Assembly (NCBI GenBank): GCA_965140585.1
Contig: OZ223267.1
Span: forward strand, 384,001 to 448,000
Length of the DNA stretch: 64,000 nucleotides
Direction of reading: 5' to 3'
Source of the DNA: Spirochaetia bacterium
GTDB lineage: Bacteria; Spirochaetota; Spirochaetia; UBA9216
Part shown: positions 1 through 10,349 of the stretch, piece by piece
Layout: each line of letters opens with the position of its first letter
Numbering within the stretch: the first letter of the stretch is position 1
Position numbers and translations under genes: made by a program
Notes under the pieces: model-generated
What the model was told of the DNA's origin: nothing
The model's database searches: none
What the model saw: only the letters and a program-made list of their open reading frames with translations

Positions 1-1
1 T

Positions 2-934
2 ATGGGAAATCGCGGCATGCCTAAACCCAAACCGCCCAGGACTGCCGAGAAAGGTCTGTGGGATATGCCTACAGTAGTAAATAATGTTGAAACTCTTGCT
101 ACAGTGCCAATGATACTCCGTGTGGGTGTTGAAGCTTACAGGTCAAAGGGTACAGAGGGTTCACCGGGTACAAAGACTTTTGCTCTTACGGGGCACGTAG
201 CAAATACCGGTTTAATTGAAGTTCCCTTCGGAACAACCCTGCGTCAGATCATCTTTGAAATTGGCGGCGGAGTAATCGATGAAAACGGCAAAATAGATAA
301 CAGCGCTTTTAAGGCCGTTCAGATCGGCGGACCTTCAGGCGGATGCCTTATTGAAGAGCACCTCGATATTCCGCTGGATTTTGATTCGCTTGGAAAAGTA
401 GGTGCCATGATAGGTTCCGGCGGACTGGTTGTAATGAACAAATCAACCTGTATGGTCCAGATTGCCCGCTTTTTCATGCAGTTCACCCAGCATGAGTCCT
501 GCGGAAAATGTATTCCCTGCCGTGAAGGAACCAGGCAGATGCTTGAACTGCTTGATTCAATTATGGACGGCAGGGCTGATGAATCCACCCTCGATCTGCT
601 TGAAGAACTGTGCATGACTGTCTCAAAAGCATCACTCTGCGGACTGGGGAAATCAGCACCTTCACCGGTACTTTCAACATTAAAACAGTTCCGTGAAGAA
701 TATCTTGCACATGTTGTGGATAAACGGTGCCCGGCTGGACAGTGCAAGGCCTTAACACCGATTAGCATAGATCCAGATCTCTGCAGGGGCTGTACGCTCT
801 GTGCCAGAAAGTGTCCGGTCGGTGCAATCAAAGGTGATAAGAAGGAAGCACACGTAATTGACGAAGAGCTCTGTATTAAATGCAGAGCCTGTATCGAAGC
901 CTGTAAATTCAATGCAATAGGAGGTGCGGCATGA
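2..934 (+). CDS. hydB: NADH-binding beta subunit of an electron-bifurcating [FeFe]-hydrogenase (NuoF/HydB/HndC-like), 5' partial
   Basis: NuoF-type motifs PTVVNNVETL, AVQIGGPSGG, ESCGKCIPCREG and SLCGLG, plus a C-terminal 2x[4Fe-4S] ferredoxin (CRGCTLCARKCP, CIKCRACIEAC). Overlaps the hydA start by 4 nt. Confidence 0.93.
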   Translation: MGNRGMPKPKPPRTAEKGLWDMPTVVNNVETLATVPMILRVGVEAYRSKGTEGSPGTKTFALTGHVANTGLIEVPFGTTLRQIIFEIGGGVIDENGKIDNSAFKAVQIGGPSGGCLIEEHLDIPLDFDSLGKVGAMIGSGGLVVMNKSTCMVQIARFFMQFTQHESCGKCIPCREGTRQMLELLDSIMDGRADESTLDLLEELCMTVSKASLCGLGKSAPSPVLSTLKQFREEYLAHVVDKRCPAGQCKALTPISIDPDLCRGCTLCARKCPVGAIKGDKKEAHVIDEELCIKCRACIEACKFNAIGGAA

Positions 935-2868
935 ATAACACTGAAACATACCTGACACTCAATAATGTGAAAGTTCCGATTGACGGGGAGCGCAATCTGC
1001 TGGAACTCATAAGAAAAGCGGGCATAGATCTTCCCACCTTCTGCTACCATTCAGAACTGAGTGTTTACGGAGCATGCCGGCTCTGTATTGTTGAAATAGA
1101 AGGCAAGGGAATTACCGCATCATGCGCAGAACCGCCCAGACCCGGTATGATTATAAAGACTTCGACCAAAAAACTACGTGATATGCGCAGGATGACGCTT
1201 GAGCTGCTGCTTGCAAACCACAAGTTTGACTGTCCTTCCTGTGAGAAGGCAGGAGACTGCAGACTCCTTGAAATATCAAACAAGCTCGGAGTCCGTAATA
1301 TCCGTTTCGGTAGAACCCGTCCATTTTCAGAGAAGGACTGTATGTCAGACAGCCTTATTCGTGATCCCGATAAGTGTATTCTCTGCGGCGACTGTGTACG
1401 CTACTGTGCCGAGATTCAGGGAATCGGAGCTATTGATTTTGCCTATCGCGGAGAAGAAGTAAAGGTTACACCGGCATTCAATAAAAGTCTTGCAAAGGTT
1501 GACTGTGTAAACTGCGGCGGATGTGCTGCAGTATGTCCCACCGGTGCAATTCTGGCACGCAATGAAATTGATGCAGTGCTTGAGAGTATTGATGATGAAA
1601 ATACTCTTACAGTTGTGCAGATTGCACCTGCTGTTCCTGCAGCTCTCGGAGAGGAGTTCGGACTTCAAGGCGAGGATGTCACCGGAAAAATTATTACAGC
1701 GCTCAGGATGATTGGGTTTGATCGAATTTACAGCACAGCCTTCGGAGCCGATATGACGGTTCTTGAAGAGTCCGCTGAATTCATAAAAAGAAAAGAGGAT
1801 GGAAGGAAGCTTCCGCTGTTTACCTCATGCTGTCCGGCCTGGGTTAAATACGCGGAACAGTTCTATCCGGAAATACTCGAAAATGTTTCAAGCTGCATGT
1901 CGCCTCAGGAGATGGTCGGCAGCCTTGCAGAGCGGATAATGACAGAGGATGGAAGCCTGGGGACTGGTAAAAAGCTTTCTGTAATCTCGGTGATGCCCTG
2001 CACAGCAAAAAAATATGAAAAGAACAGACCCGAGCTCTCAAGAGACGGCAGGCAGCTTGTTAATAATGTTATAACAACCAGGGAGCTTGCTGCTCTGATA
2101 AAGATGCATGGACTGCGTTTTGCCGAACTCAAACCATCCGCAATGGATCTCCCGATGGGATACAGTTCAGGAGCGGGAACAATATTCGGTAATTCCGGAG
2201 GAGTTGCTGAAGCAGTTCTCAGATATACAGGAGATCCTGATATCAAAGTATGTACTGTTCAGGGACTGAAGGCTGCCGGAGATATGGCTGAAAAAGTTAA
2301 AAAAGGTGAATGTGAATATGATCTGATTGAGGTAATGGCATGTCCCGGAGGCTGTATAGGCGGAGCAGGACAGCCGGTAGCTGAGGATCGGTCTGTTCTG
2401 AAAAAGAGAGCAGAGGTTCTAAGGGATACCGACAGAATTCAGCCGGTCCATACTTCCTGTCAGAATCCGTTTATAGATGGAATATATGAAAAGTTTCTCG
2501 GGGGTATGCCCGGATCCGGGGAATCGCATAAGTTTCTGCATACAGGCTACCAGAGCCGCCGCCGGATTGAAGCCTCCGGTTTCGATTTGATTAAGGCTTC
2601 ATCTGACGCTGAAGATACACTAAGTGTGAGTATCTGTGTGGGAACAAGCTGCTTTCTAAAAGGTTCGCAGAAGATCCTAGCTGATGTCCTTGAGGCGGCT
2701 GAAGCACCGGAACTGAAAGGTCGACTGAATGTTCAGGCATCATTTTGCAGTGAACATTGCGAAAAGGGGCCGAATGTACATGTTGGAGATACACTTCTCA
2801 CAGGGACTGATTCTGAAAAGATAATCAGTCTTATAAAAAAAGAATTGGGATTTGCCGCTAAAAACTAG
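931..2868 (+). CDS. hydA: [FeFe]-hydrogenase catalytic subunit (group A3-like) with C-terminal thioredoxin-like [2Fe-2S] domain
   Basis: H-cluster motifs FTSCCPAW, MPCTAKKYE and EVMACPGGCIGGAGQP. N-terminal [2Fe-2S], HxxxCxxCxxxxxC and 2x[4Fe-4S] motifs. C-terminal CVGTSC...CSEHCEKGP. Confidence 0.96.
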   Translation: MNNTETYLTLNNVKVPIDGERNLLELIRKAGIDLPTFCYHSELSVYGACRLCIVEIEGKGITASCAEPPRPGMIIKTSTKKLRDMRRMTLELLLANHKFDCPSCEKAGDCRLLEISNKLGVRNIRFGRTRPFSEKDCMSDSLIRDPDKCILCGDCVRYCAEIQGIGAIDFAYRGEEVKVTPAFNKSLAKVDCVNCGGCAAVCPTGAILARNEIDAVLESIDDENTLTVVQIAPAVPAALGEEFGLQGEDVTGKIITALRMIGFDRIYSTAFGADMTVLEESAEFIKRKEDGRKLPLFTSCCPAWVKYAEQFYPEILENVSSCMSPQEMVGSLAERIMTEDGSLGTGKKLSVISVMPCTAKKYEKNRPELSRDGRQLVNNVITTRELAALIKMHGLRFAELKPSAMDLPMGYSSGAGTIFGNSGGVAEAVLRYTGDPDIKVCTVQGLKAAGDMAEKVKKGECEYDLIEVMACPGGCIGGAGQPVAEDRSVLKKRAEVLRDTDRIQPVHTSCQNPFIDGIYEKFLGGMPGSGESHKFLHTGYQSRRRIEASGFDLIKASSDAEDTLSVSICVGTSCFLKGSQKILADVLEAAEAPELKGRLNVQASFCSEHCEKGPNVHVGDTLLTGTDSEKIISLIKKELGFAAKN

Positions 2869-2903
2869 GAACGCACCAACTTCTGTTTGAACGGCATTAT
2901 ATT

Positions 2904-2934
2904 ACCGGTCCGCGGTTCGCGGCCGGTTTTTTTT
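2904..2934 (+). terminator. Rho-independent terminator after hydA
   Basis: GC-rich stem ACCGG(T)CCGC / GCGGCCGGT followed by a long T run. Confidence 0.8.
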
Positions 2935-3013
2935 CATTTGAAACTTGAAATCCAACAGCTGCTTACATAAACTTTATAGTATTAACAGTAGGGATATGAA
3001 GAAAAGGTAGATA

Positions 3014-3889
3014 ATGAAATTCCAAAAGACTGTTTTAGTATATATATCAGTCGGTTTTGTATTGGGCATGATTTGTCTTGATGCCATGTCTGTTGTTCAG
3101 AAACTTTTAATTTCAGACCCTATGAAACTTCAAGGCTTTCTTATCCCTTCGGTTATGGGGGGAATTGCCGGTACTGTTATAAGTCTGCAGCTGTATCATC
3201 TAAAGGGGAAAAATCTGCAGCTGAACAGATATCTTGAGATCGAAAAAATCCTGCACCATGAACTTGAACACCGGGTGAAAAATAATTTCCAGTATATTAT
3301 TTCTGTTCTTTCCCTTAAGGCCATGAGTAAGCAGGATGACCCTGAAATTCAGAATATGCTATTAAGCTGTAGAAACAGGATTGAAAGTGCAAAGACCATG
3401 CATGATCTTGTATATACCGATATGAATAATCTTTCTACAGAATCAAAAATCAGAGTACTTGTTGAAGAACTGATTGAGAATCTTACCGGTCGAACCGATG
3501 TTCCCAGGCTCAGACTTTTTACGGATCTTCCTGATGAAGGGCTGAACCGTGACGTTGAATACAATATCCTTCAGATAATTGTTGAGGCTGTAATGAATGC
3601 AGTGAGTTTTGCATACATTGATTCGAATTCTCAGCCTGAACTGAGGATTGAGATGTTTACAGTAAAAGATCGTATTTTTCTGCAGATCAGCGACAATGGC
3701 TGTGGAATGGATGCTTTGTCTGAAGACAATGACGGGCTTGGAATAAAAATGATATACGCTATCGCTGCCCAGATGAATGCAGCCGTTGAGTTTATCCCAA
3801 AAAAAGAAAATACCGGTGGTGTTGAGATTATTCTTTCATTTAAAGCTTCCGAGGCAAAGGTGAATCTGGCCAGAAAAACTTATTATTGA
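3014..3889 (+). CDS. Membrane sensor histidine kinase (HisKA_2/HWE-like)
   Basis: Two N-terminal TM segments, H-box ELEHRVKNNFQ, N-box EAVMNAVSFA, G1 ISDNGCG and G2 GLGIKMI. Confidence 0.88.
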   Translation: MKFQKTVLVYISVGFVLGMICLDAMSVVQKLLISDPMKLQGFLIPSVMGGIAGTVISLQLYHLKGKNLQLNRYLEIEKILHHELEHRVKNNFQYIISVLSLKAMSKQDDPEIQNMLLSCRNRIESAKTMHDLVYTDMNNLSTESKIRVLVEELIENLTGRTDVPRLRLFTDLPDEGLNRDVEYNILQIIVEAVMNAVSFAYIDSNSQPELRIEMFTVKDRIFLQISDNGCGMDALSEDNDGLGIKMIYAIAAQMNAAVEFIPKKENTGGVEIILSFKASEAKVNLARKTYY

Positions 3890-3929
3890 TAAAATTTTCA
3901 TGTTACAATAACAGCTCTGGAGGATTGTT

Positions 3930-5087
3930 ATGAGTTTCAATTTTTATATTCCGACAAAAGTACTTTTCGGTCCGGGACGTCTTGAAGAACTTTCCCGTGA
4001 AAAACTGCCGGGTAAAAAAGCTCTGATTGTGATTTCATCAGGAAATTCAATGAAGAAGCTTGGTTATTTGGACAGACTTGTCAAACTGCTTGCAAAGCAG
4101 TCGGTCGAATCTGTTGTATTTGATAAAATTCTTCCAAATCCTGTTCTCCGTCATGTTACTGAAGGTGCCGAGCTTGCAAAAAAGCAAGGCTGTGATTTTG
4201 TTATAGGCCTGGGAGGAGGAAGCAGTATCGATTCTGCCAAGAGTATCGCAGTGATGGCTAAAAATCCTGGTAATTACTGGGATTACATAAACGGCGGCAG
4301 CGGTAAAGGACTCCCTGTTAAAGGCGGTGTGCTCCCGATTGTTGCAGTCACAACTACAGCCGGAACAGGCACGGAAGCAGATCCATGGACAGTAATTACA
4401 AATGAAGAGGGCAATGAAAAAATCGGCTTTGGCACACCTGAAACCTTTCCTGTCCTGTCAATTGTTGATCCGGAACTGATGGCCTCTGTTCCGCCTGCAC
4501 TCACAGCCTACCAGGGGTTTGACGCTCTGTTTCACTCACTTGAGGGTTATATTGCTAATATTGCAACACCGGTGAGCGATGCCTTCGCTCTGAAAGCTAT
4601 AGAACTTATCGCCAAATCACTGCCGGAGGCGGTTAATAACGGCAAAAATCTTTCCGCCCGTATGGATGTTGCCACTGCGAATACATTATCCGGTTTTGTA
4701 GAATCGACATCCTCCTGTACTTCAGAGCATTCGATGGAACATGCCCTGAGTGCGTATTATCCGAAACTTCCTCATGGTGCCGGACTGATAATGCTTTCTG
4801 AATCATATTTCAGTTTCTTTGCCGATAAGGTTCCTGAAAAGTTTGCCGCTATGGCCGGAGCCATGGGAAAGGATAGAAAGCCTGAGAACTTTGTTCCGGC
4901 GCTTCTTGAACTTCAGAAAGCCTGCGGTGTTGATACTCTTAAAATGTCCGATTACGGAATTCAGGTTGATGAAGTGAAAAAGATGGCTGAAAACGCCTGG
5001 TATGCAATGGGCGGACTTTTTGAGTTTGATCCTGTAAAATTATCGCTTGAACAGACTGAATCTATTATTGCCAAGGCTTATAAATAA
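3930..5087 (+). CDS. Iron-containing alcohol dehydrogenase
   Basis: GLGGGSSIDSAK, TTAGTGTE, DALFHSLEGY, HSMEHALS and PHG iron-ligand motifs; GGAGG RBS. Confidence 0.93.
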   Translation: MSFNFYIPTKVLFGPGRLEELSREKLPGKKALIVISSGNSMKKLGYLDRLVKLLAKQSVESVVFDKILPNPVLRHVTEGAELAKKQGCDFVIGLGGGSSIDSAKSIAVMAKNPGNYWDYINGGSGKGLPVKGGVLPIVAVTTTAGTGTEADPWTVITNEEGNEKIGFGTPETFPVLSIVDPELMASVPPALTAYQGFDALFHSLEGYIANIATPVSDAFALKAIELIAKSLPEAVNNGKNLSARMDVATANTLSGFVESTSSCTSEHSMEHALSAYYPKLPHGAGLIMLSESYFSFFADKVPEKFAAMAGAMGKDRKPENFVPALLELQKACGVDTLKMSDYGIQVDEVKKMAENAWYAMGGLFEFDPVKLSLEQTESIIAKAYK

Positions 5088-5102
5088 AACTATTATGCTT
5101 GC

Positions 5103-6968
5103 ATGCATCTGTTGTCAGCCGAAAATTTAAGTATAAACCGGGGTGGCAGACTTCTTCTTGAGTCTGCCGGTTTCGGTATGGAATCAGAGGACAAGATAGG
5201 TTTGATTGCTCCCAACGGAGCCGGAAAAACCAGCCTGCTCAGCTGTCTGTCCGGGAAACTTGTTCCGACCGAAGGAAGTATTCATTACCGGAAAAATTTG
5301 AAAATATCCGTTCTATCTCAGCGTGTTGAGCACAATGAAAACGACACTGTTTTTGATTACATTTATAATACTGATAATCCGCGTATGAATCTGCTTCGCG
5401 CATATGAAAAATCGCTTGATATGAAAGATGAGAACCTCTACCAGGAACTGCTTCACAGGATGGATGAAGAGGAGCTCTGGAGTATAGAAAGCAAAGTCAA
5501 TACGATTCTTAAGATGCTTGGAATAACTGACGGAAATCTACCGCTGAAAAATATGTCCGGAGGTATGAAACGCAGGGCGGCACTCGCGGCGGCTTTAGCC
5601 GCAGAGGCTGATGTTCTTTTTCTCGACGAACCTACCAACCACCTTGACCTTGAAACTGTTGTGTGGCTTCAGGAATATCTTCAGAACCTCGACTCCGCAG
5701 TTTTTTTGATAACCCATGACCGTTACTTTCTTGAAGAAGTATGTTCACAAATCTGGGAAATAGAATCTGCTGAACTGTACCGATATCCGGGAAATTATTC
5801 TTCATATATCAAGGGAAGGATGGAGAGGCTTGCTGCAAGGCAGAGGGAGCAGCAGAGGCTGTCCTCGATTCTGCGGCGTGAGGAGGCCTGGCTGAGGCAG
5901 GGACCCAAGGCCCGCAGCAGCCGGGACAAGAAAAGACTTGAAAAGCTATATGATCTAAGGGAGCGGATTACTGCTGAAGATAACAGGAGTATCGAGTTTG
6001 CCACACAGGATACAAGGCTCGGCAAGAAAATCCTGAAGATGTCCGGTATTTCTAAAAGCTATGGAGACAGACCTATTGTTTCGGATTTTACTTATGAGTT
6101 CAATGCCGGACAGCGAATAGGACTTGTCGGTTCAAACGGCTCGGGAAAAACAACTCTGATGAACCTAATTGCAGGGGTAATCGAACCCGAAAGCGGAGAA
6201 GTTAATCCCGGTATAAACACTGTATTCGGATATTTCAGTCAGACCTTCTCTGCTGAAAAACCGGAAATGACTGTTCTGGCCTTCCTCGAAAAGATAGGGG
6301 ATACTTATAATATGCCGGACGGAAGCACCCTGACTCCTGAAACCCTGCTGGATCGGTTTCTTTTTCCGAGGGAACTTCACCGGGTGCCGCTGGAACAGAT
6401 TTCAGGAGGAGAACTCAGACGCCTGTATTTTGTCAGTATACTTCTTACTTCACCGAATTTTCTGTTACTTGATGAACCCACAAATGATCTTGATATAACA
6501 ACCCTTCAGGTTCTGGAAGATTTTCTTGAATCTTTTAAAGGATGCGTTATCACCGTTTCTCACGACCGGGCTTTTCTTGATCGGGTTTCCAACATTCTCT
6601 TTGTCCTTGACGGCACCGGCCGGGTTCTCTCTTTCGGAGGCAGCTGCAGTGATTATCTGGAGCTGAAGAAAGAACAGGATGCTGCAGCTAAGGAAGAAGC
6701 CAGACAGCAGAAGATTGCATCAGCTGCTGTTCAGACCAGACGCCGTGAAGAGAGACCCAAGCTGACCTTTAATGAAAAACGAAGGCTGGAGTCTCTTGAG
6801 GCTGAGCTTCCACAGCTTGAAAACGAGAAATCTGAGCTTGAAGACTACTTTTCTACCGCATTTGCCGGTTCTGAAGAATACAAGCTGAAACATCAGCGAT
6901 ATGAAAAAATTCTCACAGAAATTGATGAAAAATTTGAACTTTGGGCTGAATTAAGTGAGAAGTTATAA
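5103..6968 (+). CDS. ABC-F family ATPase (Uup-like)
   Basis: Two ABC cassettes (APNGAGKT/MSGG/LDEPTNHLD and GSNGSGKT/ISGG/LDEPTNDLD), no TM segments, C-terminal coiled coil KLTFNEKRRL. Confidence 0.92.
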   Translation: MHLLSAENLSINRGGRLLLESAGFGMESEDKIGLIAPNGAGKTSLLSCLSGKLVPTEGSIHYRKNLKISVLSQRVEHNENDTVFDYIYNTDNPRMNLLRAYEKSLDMKDENLYQELLHRMDEEELWSIESKVNTILKMLGITDGNLPLKNMSGGMKRRAALAAALAAEADVLFLDEPTNHLDLETVVWLQEYLQNLDSAVFLITHDRYFLEEVCSQIWEIESAELYRYPGNYSSYIKGRMERLAARQREQQRLSSILRREEAWLRQGPKARSSRDKKRLEKLYDLRERITAEDNRSIEFATQDTRLGKKILKMSGISKSYGDRPIVSDFTYEFNAGQRIGLVGSNGSGKTTLMNLIAGVIEPESGEVNPGINTVFGYFSQTFSAEKPEMTVLAFLEKIGDTYNMPDGSTLTPETLLDRFLFPRELHRVPLEQISGGELRRLYFVSILLTSPNFLLLDEPTNDLDITTLQVLEDFLESFKGCVITVSHDRAFLDRVSNILFVLDGTGRVLSFGGSCSDYLELKKEQDAAAKEEARQQKIASAAVQTRRREERPKLTFNEKRRLESLEAELPQLENEKSELEDYFSTAFAGSEEYKLKHQRYEKILTEIDEKFELWAELSEKL

Positions 6969-7193
6969 TATAATGAGAAAATACTATATATAAAAATCGT
7001 TTCATAAAAAATTCTGATTAAAAAGATAAGATAAATAATTATTTACATATTGATCTTTTACCATACAGGTTATATTGTATCAGGTGAAATAATTATATTA
7101 ATAACGATTTAATTTGATTATCTGATTAAATCTATTATAATTTAAACCAACTCAGATTAAATAAAGCTAACATATTCATATACAGGGGAAAAA

Positions 7194-9353
7194 ATGAGTA
7201 CTAAGAAAATTGTAATTCTTGGCGGCGGCTATGCAGGAATTGAAGCTGCAAAGATTTTGTGCAAAAGATACAGAAAGGATGAATCTGTTGATATTACCCT
7301 AATTGACAGGAATACCTACCATACCCTTATGACTGAGCTTCATGAGGTTGCAGGTTCAAGGGTTGAGCCGGATTCAGTACAGGTCAGTTACCAGAGAATC
7401 TTTTCAGGGACATGTCTTAATATTGTAAATGACTTTATAACCGGAATTGATTTCGAGAAAAGGATTATACAGTCGGAGCTTCATGAATATGCTTATGACT
7501 ATCTTGTTCTGGGAACAGGGGGTGCTCCGGAATTTTTTGACACTCCCGGTGTTCAGGAGAATTCATACTCTCTGTGGTCTCTTGAAGACGCAATGAGAAT
7601 CAGGGAACATTTTGAAGAACGCTTCAGACTTGCGGCAAAGGAACCAAATCCGAAGGTAAGAAACAGAATGCTTACCTTTGTAGTTGCAGGAGCCGGTTTT
7701 ACAGGAATTGAGCTGATTGGTGAGTTCCTTGAAAGACGGGATGTTCTGTGTGCTAAATATCATATAGATACTGATGATGTTAATATGATTGTTGTTGAGG
7801 CAATGGATACAGTTCTGCCGATTATAGAAGAAAACCTCAGAAAGAAATCTGTTAAATATCTCAACAAAAAAGGCTGTAAGGTTATACTGGGCGCCAGGAT
7901 TACCGGTGCTGCAGAAGGCAAGGTAATGCTTGCAGACGGTTCTGAAATTGAAACCGACACACTTGTATGGACCTGTGGTATTCACGGTTCAGAGTTCACT
8001 TCAAGGATTAACCTCACCAAGGGACATACTTCACGCGGTCAGTGCAGTTTTGCATCGGCTGACGGTATTCACGGAATGCTCGGATGCCGTTTTGATGAGA
8101 ATGAACGTTATGTTGTAGGTCAGAGAGGAAGAATACTTGTTGATGACTATATGAGGTCTGTAGATCACAACGAAGTTTATGCAGTCGGCGACAATATGTG
8201 GTTTCTTGAAAATGAAAAAGTTCTGCCTCAGATTGTAGAAACTGCTATTCAGACCGGTGAGGTTGCCGCAAAGAATATTATTGCTGATATCGACAGTACT
8301 GAAAAACACAAATTCAAATCAAATTATCATGGTTTTATGGTTTCAATAGGCGGACGTTATGCAGTGTCCAATGCCGGAGGCATGAAAGTTTCCGGTTTCA
8401 TGGCAATGGCAATGAAGCATGTTGTAAACCTCCATTACCTATTCGGCATAGCCGGAATAAATGCTGTATGGGGCTACCTGAAGCACGAGTTCTTCGATAT
8501 GAAAGACAGAAGAACATTCGTCGGCGAACATCTTTCCTGGAAACTTCAGGGTTGGTGGGGTGTACCGCTTAGAATGTGGCTTGGTGTTATGTGGATTGCA
8601 GAAAGCCTTAATAAAATTGGCGAGGGCTGGCTTAATTTTGCTTCAGGCACAAAGTCCGGCTGGATGTTCAGTCCTGGAGTTGTCCAGAAAGGCGTAGAAG
8701 TTGCCAGTGATGCTGTAAGTGCTGCATCAGAGGGCGGAGAGGCCGCTGAGGGCTGGGTTGAAACTGCTGCTCCTGCTGTTGCAGATACAGTGAGCGCCGC
8801 CAGTGATGCTGCAGGTGATGCCGCTCAGACTGTTGTTCAGGCTGCCGCTGATACAATAAGTGCAGCAAGTGATGCAGTAGCAGGTGCTGCCGGTGATGCT
8901 GCAAATGCTGTTGCTGATACCGCAGCTCAGGTTTTTGGAAAGATCTGGGAAACCGGTAATCCGATAATCCCGTACAACTCAGGATTTGTAACCTGGTTCA
9001 GGGAAACCTTCATGGACAGTATTATGGCATATATCAGCTATCCGATATTCCAGACTATGATTGTTCTTGTTGAGCTTTTCATCGGTCTTGCGCTTCTCGG
9101 TGGACTTTTTACCTGGCTTGCTGCCGCTGCATCAATTGTAATGTGTCTTGTTTTCACATTCTCGGGAATGTTCTCATGGGATCAGGCCTGGTTTGTATTT
9201 GCCGGATTCCTTATGCTTGCCGGAGCAGGACGTGCTGTAGGTTTTGACCACTGGGTTATGCCTGCAATCAAGAAATGGTGGAACAGTACAGCTTTTGCAA
9301 GACGTACTCATCTTTTTGTCGGTGAACCTGTTCTTAAGAGAAAAAAGAAATAG
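7194..9353 (+). CDS. ndh: Type II NADH:quinone oxidoreductase fused to a DoxX/DoxD-like membrane domain (Listeria Ndh2-like architecture)
   Basis: GGGYAG and VVAGAGFTGIE dinucleotide folds, YAVGD. C-terminal PLRMWLG...ELFIGLALLGGLFT...GAGRAVGFD membrane domain with an Ala/Asp-rich insert. Confidence 0.88.
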   Translation: MSTKKIVILGGGYAGIEAAKILCKRYRKDESVDITLIDRNTYHTLMTELHEVAGSRVEPDSVQVSYQRIFSGTCLNIVNDFITGIDFEKRIIQSELHEYAYDYLVLGTGGAPEFFDTPGVQENSYSLWSLEDAMRIREHFEERFRLAAKEPNPKVRNRMLTFVVAGAGFTGIELIGEFLERRDVLCAKYHIDTDDVNMIVVEAMDTVLPIIEENLRKKSVKYLNKKGCKVILGARITGAAEGKVMLADGSEIETDTLVWTCGIHGSEFTSRINLTKGHTSRGQCSFASADGIHGMLGCRFDENERYVVGQRGRILVDDYMRSVDHNEVYAVGDNMWFLENEKVLPQIVETAIQTGEVAAKNIIADIDSTEKHKFKSNYHGFMVSIGGRYAVSNAGGMKVSGFMAMAMKHVVNLHYLFGIAGINAVWGYLKHEFFDMKDRRTFVGEHLSWKLQGWWGVPLRMWLGVMWIAESLNKIGEGWLNFASGTKSGWMFSPGVVQKGVEVASDAVSAASEGGEAAEGWVETAAPAVADTVSAASDAAGDAAQTVVQAAADTISAASDAVAGAAGDAANAVADTAAQVFGKIWETGNPIIPYNSGFVTWFRETFMDSIMAYISYPIFQTMIVLVELFIGLALLGGLFTWLAAAASIVMCLVFTFSGMFSWDQAWFVFAGFLMLAGAGRAVGFDHWVMPAIKKWWNSTAFARRTHLFVGEPVLKRKKK

Positions 9354-9371
9354 GATACCACAGAGAGATTT

Positions 9372-10346
9372 ATGACTTATATTTCTGACTCCATAGGGGA
9401 CAGTCAGCTTTCAGAAGACCTCCGGTCAGTAAGGGCGGTGATTAATGGTTATATTCAGAATACACCTGAAATGATCCGCTCTGCTGTTGAAAGGCTTCTG
9501 GCAGACGGCGGGAAGATGCTTCGACCCGCCATGGTTGTACTGGCCGGACGGTATGGGGATTTTGACGGAAACAGAATTTATTCACTTGCTGCCGCAGTTG
9601 AGATGCTGCATAATGCAACTCTTGTTCATGACGACATCATAGATGAAGCTGAAACACGACGGGGCAAACCTGCCATGCATACGATTCATGGCAGCAAGCT
9701 GGCCATCCTGCTGGGTGATTACATGTTTTCAGGATGTTTTGTTATGGCATCCAGAAACTCAAGGATCGATCAGTACGATAAACTTGCCAAGGCTGTGGCC
9801 AGAGTCTGTGAGGGAGAAATCCTGCAGGACACTGAAAAATTTATCTTTAATCCCAGTATTAGAAAATATAAAAGGCGGATTGCAAGTAAAACCGCAGTCC
9901 TGTTCTCACTTAGTCTTTATCTGGGAGCAAAGGAAGCCGGATGTCCCGAGGCTGACTGCAATATTTTTGTTCGAATAGGCTACAATATCGGTATGGCTTT
10001 TCAGATTATCGATGATATTCTTGATTTTAACGGAAAGACTGATAAGGTCGGCAAACCTGTGACAGGGCATGATATGCAGGAGGGTATTTTTACTCTTCCG
10101 GCAATTATTGCAATGCAGTCCGATAACGGAGAGCTTGCTCAGCTTTTCAATGAACCGCCTTACAGCCCCGAATCAATAGCTCAGGCTTTAACCCTTATCA
10201 ATAAATCAGGCGCAATTGAAAAAGCCAAGGCTGTTGCAGAACTGTATTCCCAGCGTGCCCGCCGTGAAATTGCTCGATTGGAACCGGGATATACATCTCA
10301 GCAGCTTGAAAAAATTACCGGGCAGCTTCTTTCCCGAAATTTCTAA
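9372..10346 (+). CDS. Polyprenyl diphosphate synthase (HepT/IspB/DmkB-like)
   Basis: GGKMLRP, first aspartate-rich motif HDDIIDEAETRRG and second FQIIDDILD. Confidence 0.93.
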   Translation: MTYISDSIGDSQLSEDLRSVRAVINGYIQNTPEMIRSAVERLLADGGKMLRPAMVVLAGRYGDFDGNRIYSLAAAVEMLHNATLVHDDIIDEAETRRGKPAMHTIHGSKLAILLGDYMFSGCFVMASRNSRIDQYDKLAKAVARVCEGEILQDTEKFIFNPSIRKYKRRIASKTAVLFSLSLYLGAKEAGCPEADCNIFVRIGYNIGMAFQIIDDILDFNGKTDKVGKPVTGHDMQEGIFTLPAIIAMQSDNGELAQLFNEPPYSPESIAQALTLINKSGAIEKAKAVAELYSQRARREIARLEPGYTSQQLEKITGQLLSRNF

Positions 10347-10349
10347 TCT

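Noticed and set aside
319-1050. 243-aa antisense ORF, and similar shadow ORFs such as 36418-36957, 41668-42261 and 55765-56271
   Set aside because: They lie opposite well-supported genes and have no recognisable motifs.
3886-3903. Rex-like operator upstream of the Fe-ADH (TTGATAAAATTTTCATGT)
   Set aside because: Only 9 of 14 consensus positions match, in AT-rich DNA. The candidate near ndh (7082-7099) is weaker still.
8690-8935. CRISPR array or DNA tandem repeat
   Set aside because: The repetition is at protein level with synonymous variation; there are no identical repeats with spacers.
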